From a bacterium (GTDB lineage Bacteria; UBA10199; 2-02-FULL-44-16; JAAZCA01): DNA of 64,000 nucleotides. The position numbers and the translations under genes are program-made. Of the stretch, positions 51,432-60,095 are shown one piece after another. The notes beneath the pieces were generated by a model. That model was not told the origin of the DNA. It saw only the letters and a program-made list of their open reading frames with translations, and ran no database searches. Location: positions 64,001-128,000 of the forward strand of contig CAXXGI010000001.1 of NCBI GenBank assembly GCA_963674695.2, written 5' to 3'. Numbering within the stretch: position 1 is the stretch's first letter; each line of letters begins with the position of its first letter.

Positions 51432-51538
51432 GTTGAGATCGAAGACTCAATTCCGAATGCTGTCTGAACCCGCCAGAATATAGTGCGTTCTTCTTCCGCC
51501 GGTGGGGGAGTTCGCGAGGAAAGGCGAGTCGAGGCAGA
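51432..51538. repeat. Diverged internal fragment of the MITE-like element (copy 3)
   Basis: gttgaga...ctcaattccga..tgtctgaacccgcca...gagttc.cgaggaaaggcg..tcgag.caga matches the core of copies 1 and 2. Confidence 0.75.
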
Positions 51539-51599
51539 TGAAGCGCCTCGCCGCATCACAATCGTGTTTCGCTTACGGTTTTATTTTGAAGTGATTCAA

Positions 51600-52391
51600 T
51601 CAGCGTATCCGCTTGAGGACAGCATCTGCAATGGCTCTGGATGACGCCGGGTTCTGGCCGGTGATCAGCTCTCGATCTTCGACGACGTAGGATTGCCAAT
51701 CGGGGCCCTTGGAATATCGGGCTCCCGCATTTTTCAAGGCCGTCTCGGGTGTGATTTTGAGGTGTTTCCCCACCTCGGAGGCGGTCTCCTCCGCATTGCT
51801 GAAAGCGGTCACCCGATAGCCCTCATAGGGAAAGTCACCCCCATCGACGGTGCTGAGCAGGGCAATGGGGGCGTGGCACACGAGCGCCGTCGGTTTCTTG
51901 GCCGCATGGAACGATCGCAACAACCGCCCCACCGCCTTATCCGCCGCGAGGTCTTCCATGGGGGCATGCCCTCCCGGAAAGAAGACCGCATCATAGCCAC
52001 CCCATCCGGACCGTTGGAGCTCCGAGAGGTTGGCAATCGTCCCTGTGTCCAGCACCTCCGCCTTTATCCTCATGGCCTCGTCATAGTCCTTCTTCGAGTT
52101 CCAGAAGAGCGGCTTCCCCTCTTTATCAACCGCGATGCTCGCCGGGTCGGCCACCGGACGATTTCCATTCGGCGTTGCGATGGTGACCTTGACCCCTTTG
52201 TCGCGAAATACTTTATACGGTGTTGAAAACTCCTCGAGCCAATATCCCGTCTGGTGTTTCTCACCGTCCTTTCCCGTGATGTAATCGACACCGGTCACGA
52301 CGATGAGAATAGATTTTGATTTCGAACACGATGTCGTCACACACGAGAACACAAGCGCCACGGCGGCCATAATAATGATGCCGGTTTTCAT
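51600..52391 (-). CDS. DJ-1/PfpI family (type 1 glutamine amidotransferase-like) protein, probable lipoprotein
   Basis: TGYWLEE, YDAVFFPGGHAPMEDL, VCHAP nucleophile elbow and ITGQNPAS motifs. Confidence 0.9.
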   Translation of the reverse strand: MKTGIIIMAAVALVFSCVTTSCSKSKSILIVVTGVDYITGKDGEKHQTGYWLEEFSTPYKVFRDKGVKVTIATPNGNRPVADPASIAVDKEGKPLFWNSKKDYDEAMRIKAEVLDTGTIANLSELQRSGWGGYDAVFFPGGHAPMEDLAADKAVGRLLRSFHAAKKPTALVCHAPIALLSTVDGGDFPYEGYRVTAFSNAEETASEVGKHLKITPETALKNAGARYSKGPDWQSYVVEDRELITGQNPASSRAIADAVLKRIR

Positions 52392-52534
52392 GATATTGTT
52401 CCTTTCGGTCTCGTTGCCCTGTGAACAGGAGATGACTTCTATCCCATCTCACAGCACATGATGGATGACAATATAGAATCGATGAGGACCTTCAAGGATC
52501 ACAACCAGAGGCGGTCGAGCATGGGCCTTCTGTT

Positions 52535-53647
52535 CTATTTTTTCATGAGCCAACCGAAGGCATGCGGGAAGAGGTCTGCCCATGCGTCTTCACAGTGCAG
52601 CCCTCCATCGATCACCGCCTGCTTCAGTATCACCTTAGCTCCCCCGCGGTCTTGCAGCGCCTTCGATATATCCTGCGCGTCGCGCACATACGTTTTGGCG
52701 TCGGCACCCGCCACTTCCATCGTTCCAACGGAGACATGTATTTTCAACGGCCGTGTAACTTGTGTCTGCGAGATGAACTCGAGCAATTTTGACTTCGCAA
52801 ACCAAAACGCCGGCGAGAAGATGAGCGCGCGTGAAAAGGTATCCTGATGCTTCAAGGCCATATAGCAGGATATGAGCCCACCCATAGAACTGCCGCCGAT
52901 GAAGGTGTGATCTCGGTCCGCAATCGTTCGATACCGCGCATCGATCCCTGGCTTGAGCTTCGCAACGACAAAATCACCGTAGACGTCGCCCAATCCGCCC
53001 TGCCCTCGCGAGAGATCGAAATCAACCTCCGTCTTCCACGGCGAATATTCGTTCATCCGCTCCGATTGCCCGTTCTCCATTCCAACAACGATGCATTCCG
53101 ACGACGGATCCTGTCGTGACAGCCGTTCCATCGTCTCATCGATCTTCCATTCGCGGCCATAGGTGCTGGTCTTCGCATCGAAGAGGTTCTGTCCGTCATG
53201 CATATAGAGAACAGGGTAACGTTTATTGGGCTCTTGTGCATAGGAGGGAGGAAGATAGACCCACACACGCCTTTGGGCATTGCGAAACGGCATTTCCAAA
53301 ATTTCAATGACACCCGTCCGCGTCGACTTTCGCTGAATCAGATCGGACCACTGTGCGATATCGACGTCGATCCGCCTGCTTCCCTCTCCAAAGACGATCT
53401 TTCGATTGGGAATGTCGCTGCCATTCGCATCGCGCTCGACCTTCTTCCAATCACCGCGCGTCACCTTGAAGAGCATCACGGAATCTGGAGGTCCATCGAC
53501 AGCGGCACAATATTGATCGCCCTCCCGCTGAAAGCGAAAGCGCGGATCATCAGATCGCCAGTCGTTCAGGTTGGCCCCAAGATAGAAATGAGAATCCTCG
53601 GGCGTCTGTGAGGGCATGGATCGGATGCACACGTTAACCTGTCCCAT
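52535..53647 (-). CDS. Alpha/beta-hydrolase esterase with N-terminal carbohydrate-binding-like domain
   Basis: VYLPPSY, YPVLYMHDGQNLF, GSSMGG nucleophile and H.E..W motifs; N-terminal FKVTRGDW..VE. Confidence 0.85.
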   Translation of the reverse strand: MGQVNVCIRSMPSQTPEDSHFYLGANLNDWRSDDPRFRFQREGDQYCAAVDGPPDSVMLFKVTRGDWKKVERDANGSDIPNRKIVFGEGSRRIDVDIAQWSDLIQRKSTRTGVIEILEMPFRNAQRRVWVYLPPSYAQEPNKRYPVLYMHDGQNLFDAKTSTYGREWKIDETMERLSRQDPSSECIVVGMENGQSERMNEYSPWKTEVDFDLSRGQGGLGDVYGDFVVAKLKPGIDARYRTIADRDHTFIGGSSMGGLISCYMALKHQDTFSRALIFSPAFWFAKSKLLEFISQTQVTRPLKIHVSVGTMEVAGADAKTYVRDAQDISKALQDRGGAKVILKQAVIDGGLHCEDAWADLFPHAFGWLMKK

Positions 53648-53837
53648 AGAGCGACCTCCATTCAACACAGACATAGCACAGAACAAACGAACACCAAGCA
53701 CATTTTGTTGAGCCCCCCGCGCCTTGCACCTTAAACCTGACGCCACAAATTCGCGCCGCACACGATCACAAACGCACATTCAATCACTCCCCACTTTCCC
53801 GTTGTCCTGACATGATGATTGATCTAAAAGGCACCTT

Positions 53838-54536
53838 ATGAAAACCATCGGGCTATTGGGCGGAATGAGCTGGCAATCGACGGTCGAATACTATCGGATC
53901 ATCAACGAGCGCATCGAACAGGAACTCGGCGGACATCACTCCGCTCAAATCCTGATCTCGAGCGTCGACTTCGACCCCCTCGTCGCGCTCGCCCACGAGG
54001 ACCGCTGGATGGAAATCGCCTCACGCTTGAACGATGAAGCGCGAAAGCTCCAACAGGCCGGCGCTGATTTCTTTCTGATCGGCACGAACTCCATCCATCG
54101 CGTCGCGGATGAAATCTGCGAAGGCATCGACATCCCGCTTCTACACATCGTCGATGCAACGGCAGCGGCGATCAATGACGCTGGTATCACGAAGGTGGCA
54201 CTCCTCGGCACAGCGTTCGTCATGAACGACGCCTTCTACCCCGAAATCCTTTCGAGGCACAGCATCGACACGCTCATCCCGGAGGAGACCGACCGAAAGA
54301 GCATCCATCGCATCATCTTCGAGGAACTCGTCCACGGCACAACGACCGATCCTTCTCGCAAGGAGTTTCTGAGGATCATCGACGACCTGAAACATGAGGG
54401 CGCCGAGGGCGTCATCCTCGGCTGCACCGAAATTCCGCTCCTGGTGAAGCAAGAACAGGTCTCCATTCCGGTCTTCGATACGACCACGATCCACGCTGAA
54501 GCGGCGGCGCAGATGGCATTGAACGTGAACACTTAA
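53838..54536 (+). CDS. Aspartate/glutamate racemase family protein (YgeA/RacX-like)
   Basis: MKTIGLLGGMSWQST and GVILGCTEI motifs. Confidence 0.92.
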   Translation: MKTIGLLGGMSWQSTVEYYRIINERIEQELGGHHSAQILISSVDFDPLVALAHEDRWMEIASRLNDEARKLQQAGADFFLIGTNSIHRVADEICEGIDIPLLHIVDATAAAINDAGITKVALLGTAFVMNDAFYPEILSRHSIDTLIPEETDRKSIHRIIFEELVHGTTTDPSRKEFLRIIDDLKHEGAEGVILGCTEIPLLVKQEQVSIPVFDTTTIHAEAAAQMALNVNT

Positions 54537-55780
54537 TTGCCAGACGGAGCCCTTAATACAAACAATTGCTGTCTCCCCTTCATGGTCTTCTCGACCAACC
54601 CCCTCTTCTCGAGATCCATGAGATCCTTGCGAGCCGTTTCGTAAACCACATTGAATCTCTTCTGATATTTCTTGATCGTCGTGGGCTCACCACCCCGTTT
54701 CAGATGCACCTTAATGAAACGCCGCTGCCTGTCGTTGAGCTCGGCATGACCTTCCAGATACTTCTTTATGACTTGCTCACGTCCAAACTCCCGCTCCACG
54801 ATATCGATGGCATCGCGAACCATATGGACCGAATAGAAAACGAAATAGGTAAGATCCGTTCCATCGTCCTCAACATTCTTGATCGCGTCATAGTAGGGCG
54901 TTCTTTTCGCCTTTATCGCTTTCGAGATCGAAAAATATTGAAAGAAGCCATATCCCTTCTTCAGCAGATAATGATACATCAGCGCACGGGCGACCCTACC
55001 GTTTCCGTCCACATAGGGATGAATGTAGACCGTATAAAAGTGTATGATGGACGCCTTTACGACCGGATGAAGATAGACAAAATCCGCCGACTCGAAATTG
55101 ATCCAATCGTACAGCTTCTGCATGGGCCCTTCAAGCTGATCAGGAGGAGGTGGCGCATAGACGATCTCACCGCGGGACGAATCCTGGACATACCGCTGAT
55201 CGGGTCGATACATGCCCGCATATGCCTCATCTTCCGGTTCCAATGTACCATCGACCAATATGGCGTGAAGCTCATTGACGAATGCCTTCGAAACATCGCG
55301 TCCGAGATTCTTGCGGATGAACTCGAGGGCGTGAAAGTTGTTGAGCGTCATACGTTCGCTTCTGTCACGCGGGCTCACATGACGCCGCACCATCTCTTCG
55401 GCCCGCTTCCGCGTCGTCCGTGCACCCTCGATCATGCTGGAATAGAGCGCCTCATCGATGATCGCCTCTAGGGCAAGCTCACCCGATATCGGTTGCGGCA
55501 TCGCCTCCCATTTCGAATCTGCTCCTTCGACATCGATCTCATGCAGGATTCTCGCAATCGTCGATGTCGCCCAATACCGAAACGGCTCGCCTGTGAGATT
55601 CGTGAGCACGAAGAGGGATTCCGACTTCTGTCTCCGAATGCCCTCGACAATATCGATGACTTCATCGGCGTCCATTCCCTCGGGCACGCGATAACGAATC
55701 TCCTCCGGCGTGAGATAGCGCTTATTGCAATCCTCGATGAAGAGGAACTTCGCCACGGCCCCACCCTTGTCCTCATTCAT
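54533..55780 (-). CDS. Fic domain protein with C-terminal winged HTH
   Basis: Canonical HPYVDGNGRVAR motif, SSMIEG inhibitory motif and ETARKDLMDL HTH. Confidence 0.92.
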   Translation of the reverse strand: MNEDKGGAVAKFLFIEDCNKRYLTPEEIRYRVPEGMDADEVIDIVEGIRRQKSESLFVLTNLTGEPFRYWATSTIARILHEIDVEGADSKWEAMPQPISGELALEAIIDEALYSSMIEGARTTRKRAEEMVRRHVSPRDRSERMTLNNFHALEFIRKNLGRDVSKAFVNELHAILVDGTLEPEDEAYAGMYRPDQRYVQDSSRGEIVYAPPPPDQLEGPMQKLYDWINFESADFVYLHPVVKASIIHFYTVYIHPYVDGNGRVARALMYHYLLKKGYGFFQYFSISKAIKAKRTPYYDAIKNVEDDGTDLTYFVFYSVHMVRDAIDIVEREFGREQVIKKYLEGHAELNDRQRRFIKVHLKRGGEPTTIKKYQKRFNVVYETARKDLMDLEKRGLVEKTMKGRQQLFVLRAPSGN

Positions 55781-56004
55781 ATCCCCTCCTCTGCATCTCC
55801 TATTCAGACACCACATCATACCACATAAATACTAATTTAAAACCATTACAAACCATCGCATTACCACCCAAAAACCACAGAATAAGCATATGTATATGAT
55901 ATTAATGGTTTTTATCGCTTCACCCGTGAAGAATAATGACAGCCGCCTGCGCGGGGATGACAAATGAAGAACGCTTCCAACGGAGGCGGGCAGACAGGGA
56001 CGAC

Positions 56005-56039
56005 AAAAAAAGCGGCGTTCGATATCGAACGCCGCTTTT
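56005..56039 (-). terminator. Rho-independent terminator (perfect 32-bp palindrome)
   Basis: AAAAGCGGCGTTCGAT|ATCGAACGCCGCTTTT at 56008-56039, with a 7-T tract on the minus strand. Confidence 0.8.
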
Positions 56040-56055
56040 ATCAGCAAGATGCATT

Positions 56056-56631
56056 CTACTGACATCTGATTATTGGTACATACAATTCTCCCAATTCTCC
56101 CCTGTCTTCCTCAAGCGCACTCGGCCAACCTCCACACTTGCTGCAAACCATATCTTCTGCTGCGCTCCGTGCACTCTTCAGTGAGGAGAGGGAATCCCCC
56201 TCACGGCATTCACGCGAAAGTTCCGAGCGTCTCTGACGTGCTTCAGCACTCGCGGATCGAGCCGCCTCCTCATATTCCCGGATCACATTCGCACATTCTC
56301 CACGCAACCTGTCGTCAAATGCGATCGAAAAAAGCTCCCATGCCAGGGTATTCTTCTCGTCTGACAGCCTGTCCATACGTTCAGCTCCATTGCAGATAGC
56401 GGCTTTCTCTTCCACCGCCTTATCGGCTTCCTTGTACACAACAATGGCCACGGAACAGTCATCGATTTTTCTGATCTTCTCGAACAAGGCCCGCGTCTTT
56501 ACCTGGGGTTGAGGCTTGAGCCCAGCTGCCCCCGTCTTCTGCATAGCGACCTGTGATGCAAAAACCTGCACGGCGAAAAACGCAAGAAAAATACTTACAC
56601 ATCCTGCAACTACGACTCGAGATGCTTTCAT
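56056..56631 (-). CDS. Hypothetical secreted Cys-containing helical protein
   Basis: Signal peptide ending VFA; AAAGGAGG RBS; directly downstream of aclA. Confidence 0.65.
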   Translation of the reverse strand: MKASRVVVAGCVSIFLAFFAVQVFASQVAMQKTGAAGLKPQPQVKTRALFEKIRKIDDCSVAIVVYKEADKAVEEKAAICNGAERMDRLSDEKNTLAWELFSIAFDDRLRGECANVIREYEEAARSASAEARQRRSELSRECREGDSLSSLKSARSAAEDMVCSKCGGWPSALEEDRGELGELYVPIIRCQ

Positions 56632-56659
56632 GGCAAGGCCTCCTTTTTCCGAGATTCTA

Positions 56660-58495
56660 TCAAACATCCGTCATGTACGCAATCTCGTCATACGGGGTGC
56701 GGTACATCGGTTGTTTGAGGCGTTTTTGGTCGAAGACGTGGCCGAAGATACCGATGGAGCGGCCAACCACGAAGAGCGCGTTCAAGCACCCCATGTCGAT
56801 GATCTCGGTGGTCTCTTCTTTGGTGAAGAGTTCCGGCAATGACCAGAGCAGATCGACGAAGGTGATGCCGATACAACCATCGACGTTGAGGATGAGATTC
56901 CCCTTCTTCTGCGTCGTGATCGCCTCGACTTCGAGCGCATAGTCGAGCAGCTTGTGCTGTGGGAAGTTTTCGTTCACATATTTCTTGAGCATCGTGACCC
57001 GCATGTCGGGGTTGGTGACACTCTTCACGCGGTGCCCGATCCCCTGGATATTCACGCCCTTCTTCTTCATATCGACGATGAATGCCTCGGGCGTTAAGCC
57101 TGCTTCATAGGCCTTCTTGAACATCTGTGCACCGCCGTCGATCGCACCGCCGAAGCGCGGACCGATGGTGAGCAGCCCCGAGACGAGCGAGGAGATGATG
57201 TCCTTGCCCGCGCGCGCGGTGACGATGGCGTTGTGCGCACCGGAGACGGCCGGGCCGTGGTCGGCGGTGAGCATCAGGGTGGTGTCGATATATTTCGCGG
57301 CAAAGGCCGGAAGTTTCCGCTTGAACCAGAGCAGACCGATCACGCCGCCGATGCCGTAGTTTTCGGTCAAGACTTCCGAGATCGGGACGTTGTTGTATTC
57401 GAGCTCCTCGCCCTTCTCGTTGGAGATCGTGCAGATGAACTGCGCGGGTTTGCGAATGGCGCCTTCCTTCATCGCCTGGGCGTAGTCCATAGGAAACTTC
57501 GGCGCGGGTACGTCGGGGGCGGGAACGATTGTCTTCTGCGCCACGAGTTTGTCGTAGGTCTCGCGAATGCGATCGCCGTAGTCGTCGAACGATTGCGGAA
57601 CGATGGCGCCGGCCTCTTTCAGCGCCGCGTTCTTGGCATCGGCCGTCTCGAGCGCCGAGTCCGCCTTGGCACCCGCGTGCCCAAACTGCACGCCCGCGGG
57701 GAACATCTTGGAACAGGTGCCGGTCACCCAGATCACGAGCGGCTTTGTGATCTTCTTCGCTTTCAGCGCCTCGACGATCTTGAGCTCTTCGGTCCCGCCA
57801 ATCTCGCCGAGCGCCGCGATCATCTTGACCTCGGGGATCTGCTCATAGCGCATGATGTGTTCCAGGAGCGTCGAGCCCGGATAGGCGTCGCCGCCGATGG
57901 CGATCCCCTCGTAGAGCCCGTCGGTATTGCGCGCGATGATGTTGTAGCATTCGTTGGAGAGCCCGCCGGATTTGGAAACGAAGCCGACGCTGCCCGGGCG
58001 AAAGAGCTTGGACTCGGCGATATTGTCGATCGTACCCGCCGTGTTGCCCACCTTAAAACACCCCGCCTTCACCCCGCCGACGGTGGCCGGGCCGATGATC
58101 ATCTTGCCCTTCTCCTTGGCGGTGGCAGCGAGAATGCGCGCCTTGCGCTCCGGTACGCCCTCGGCGATGACGGCGATCGTTCGGATCTGGGGGTTGGCCA
58201 GCGCCTCCATCGTCGTATCAAAGGCGCTGCGCTGCGAGGAGAAGTTGACGATGACATCGACGTCCGTGTGTTTTTCGGTCGCCTCGGAAAGCCCGCGATA
58301 CATCGGCAGCAGAATCTCTTTCTGCCCGAAGAAGACCTTGTGCAACCCCGCACGCGACGGATTCACGATCGCCGCGACCGAGGGCGTCTCGCGCCCACAG
58401 GCGAAATCGAAATCGAGCATGCGCTGGATCGCGTTCTGCTGATAGCCGTACACAAGAGCGCGTGTGTCTTTTGAAAAGCGTTCGGCGGAATGCAT
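56660..58495 (-). CDS. aclA: ATP citrate lyase, large subunit (CoA-binding plus citryl-CoA lyase domains)
   Basis: QRMLDFDF.C.RETPSVAA, GPATVGG, QFGHAGA phospho-His, ADHGPAVSGAHN, GIGHRVKS and LNVDG motifs. Start 58495 has a GGAGG RBS; an alternative start is 58576. Confidence 0.93.
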   Translation of the reverse strand: MHSAERFSKDTRALVYGYQQNAIQRMLDFDFACGRETPSVAAIVNPSRAGLHKVFFGQKEILLPMYRGLSEATEKHTDVDVIVNFSSQRSAFDTTMEALANPQIRTIAVIAEGVPERKARILAATAKEKGKMIIGPATVGGVKAGCFKVGNTAGTIDNIAESKLFRPGSVGFVSKSGGLSNECYNIIARNTDGLYEGIAIGGDAYPGSTLLEHIMRYEQIPEVKMIAALGEIGGTEELKIVEALKAKKITKPLVIWVTGTCSKMFPAGVQFGHAGAKADSALETADAKNAALKEAGAIVPQSFDDYGDRIRETYDKLVAQKTIVPAPDVPAPKFPMDYAQAMKEGAIRKPAQFICTISNEKGEELEYNNVPISEVLTENYGIGGVIGLLWFKRKLPAFAAKYIDTTLMLTADHGPAVSGAHNAIVTARAGKDIISSLVSGLLTIGPRFGGAIDGGAQMFKKAYEAGLTPEAFIVDMKKKGVNIQGIGHRVKSVTNPDMRVTMLKKYVNENFPQHKLLDYALEVEAITTQKKGNLILNVDGCIGITFVDLLWSLPELFTKEETTEIIDMGCLNALFVVGRSIGIFGHVFDQKRLKQPMYRTPYDEIAYMTDV

Positions 58496-58580
58496 AACCC
58501 CTCCGTGTTGTCTCATATCGTTCGTTGGTGTCGCTGCGAACAGTTCCCGCAGCCAGCTCAGAATGCCATTCCCCATCGCG

Positions 58581-59846
58581 TCAACCCAACGCCATGGAGA
58601 CGATTTTGGTCATGTGCGTCTCGGGGCCGTAGACTTCGATGGGCAGGCCCAGCGTTTCGCCCACCTTCCGCATCTTGGCCAGGCCTTCCTTATAGTTCGG
58701 ACCGCCGCGACGGACGTAAATCTTCACGTTCCCCGCTTTGAGCTTCTCCTGATATTCCGTCAGCGCCTGAATGATGCCGGTGAAGGTCTTGGCCACATCC
58801 GTGAAGTTGGCGATGCCGCCGCCGATGATCAGGAATTTCCCCTTCGGATCGTTCTCGCGCGTCATCAGATCGAGGAGGGTCTTGGCATAGTTGTAGGTCA
58901 ACTCCGTCGAGGGGTCGCCCGAATACTCGCCATAGTTGGCCAGCTCTTTCGAAAACCCCAGATCACAGACAGTGTCGGCGTAGATCACCGATGCACCGCC
59001 GCCGGCGACCATGGTCCAGACGCGGCCCTTGGGATTCAATATCGTGAGCTTGAGCGAAGCGCCGCTCTGATCGTCGAGGTATTTGACGTACTCCTCCTCC
59101 TTCGTGCTGTGCGTGCCAAACGCCCGGGGAAACTCGAGCGCGCCCCAGACGTTGCGGCAATCGAACGCCGCCGTGTCGTCGACCTTGGCCACCATGTCCA
59201 GCGGCACGACCTGCCCGGACTTCGAGAAGGTGAAGGGGTTGATCTCGAGGTAGGAAAAGCCGTTGGCCGCATAGAACTGATAGAGCGCTTTGACAAAGGC
59301 ATAGACCGCGTCGCGGCGATCGCCCCAATCGGCGACCTTGGCCTTCAAGTCCGTCGCCTCGATGTCGCCCAGGATCGGAACCTTGACCTGCATGACTTTG
59401 TCCCAATTCTCCTCGACGAAGATACCGCCCTGCATCGAGAGGTAGATCACGTCCCCCTCGCGCTCGTCGCGGATGGCGACATAGTACTCCTCTTTCTCGT
59501 CATGCGGCGTGAACGGCTCGACGAGAAAGTGCGTGAGCGTCCCCGAGGTCTCGCCCACCTTCGTGGCGGTGTTCATGCGCTCACCGATCCAGGACTGCGC
59601 CTTGCCCCAATCGGCATCGAGCAGCAAAAGCCCATGTTTGCCGCGCTTGCCGAAGAGCTGGTCGGGCTTGACCACGAGTTTTTCCGTGGTCAGCCAGGGA
59701 TATTCCTTGGCGAGCGCCTTCAGATCCGTCTCCGGACCGACGAGCGCCACCTTCCCCTCATAGCCGAATGCATCGCCGAGATATTTCGGCAACTCACTCG
59801 CCAGCATGCGCTTCGCATCGTATTCGCGTATTCCTCGTTGTGCCAT
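58581..59846 (-). CDS. aclB: ATP citrate lyase, small (ATP-grasp plus citrate-binding) subunit
   Basis: IREYDAK, VVKPDQLFGKRGK, WTMVAGGGASVIYAD, ANYGEYSG, GGGIANFT and RRGGPNY motifs. Confidence 0.93.
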   Translation of the reverse strand: MAQRGIREYDAKRMLASELPKYLGDAFGYEGKVALVGPETDLKALAKEYPWLTTEKLVVKPDQLFGKRGKHGLLLLDADWGKAQSWIGERMNTATKVGETSGTLTHFLVEPFTPHDEKEEYYVAIRDEREGDVIYLSMQGGIFVEENWDKVMQVKVPILGDIEATDLKAKVADWGDRRDAVYAFVKALYQFYAANGFSYLEINPFTFSKSGQVVPLDMVAKVDDTAAFDCRNVWGALEFPRAFGTHSTKEEEYVKYLDDQSGASLKLTILNPKGRVWTMVAGGGASVIYADTVCDLGFSKELANYGEYSGDPSTELTYNYAKTLLDLMTRENDPKGKFLIIGGGIANFTDVAKTFTGIIQALTEYQEKLKAGNVKIYVRRGGPNYKEGLAKMRKVGETLGLPIEVYGPETHMTKIVSMALG

Positions 59847-59854
59847 AAGACCTC

Positions 59855-59903
59855 CGTGACTCGTGACTCGTGACTCGTGAACGGTAAACCGTAAACCGTG
59901 AAC
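59855..59903. repeat. Heptamer arrays (CGTGACT x3.5, then CGTAAAC/CGTGAAC-like units) abutting the aclB RBS
   Basis: cgtgactcgtgactcgtgactcgtgaacggtaaaccgtaaaccgtgaac. Confidence 0.8.
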
Positions 59904-59931
59904 AGCAACCAACATCATGTTATACTATCGT

Positions 59932-60095
59932 GTTCACCGTTCACCGTTCACCGTTCACCGTTCACCGTTCACCGTTCACCGTTCACCGTTCACCGTTCAC
60001 CGTTCACCGTTCACCGTTCACCGTTCACCGTTCACCGTTCACCGTTCACCGTTCACCGTTCACCGTTCACCGTTCACCGTTCACCGTTCACCGTT
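59932..60095. repeat. Perfect heptanucleotide microsatellite (GTTCACC)23
   Basis: 161 bp of uninterrupted GTTCACC at 59932-60092; supplies the aconitase stop codon. Confidence 0.95.

Noticed and set aside
48534-55800. Classical integron cassette array
   Set aside because: I found no RYYYAAC...GTTRRRY attC boxes at gene ends, gene orientations are mixed, and the nearby integrase looks phage-type without an evident IntI-specific insertion.
59932-60095. Possible CRISPR array
   Set aside because: Pure 7-bp tandem repeat without spacers; no cas genes in the window.
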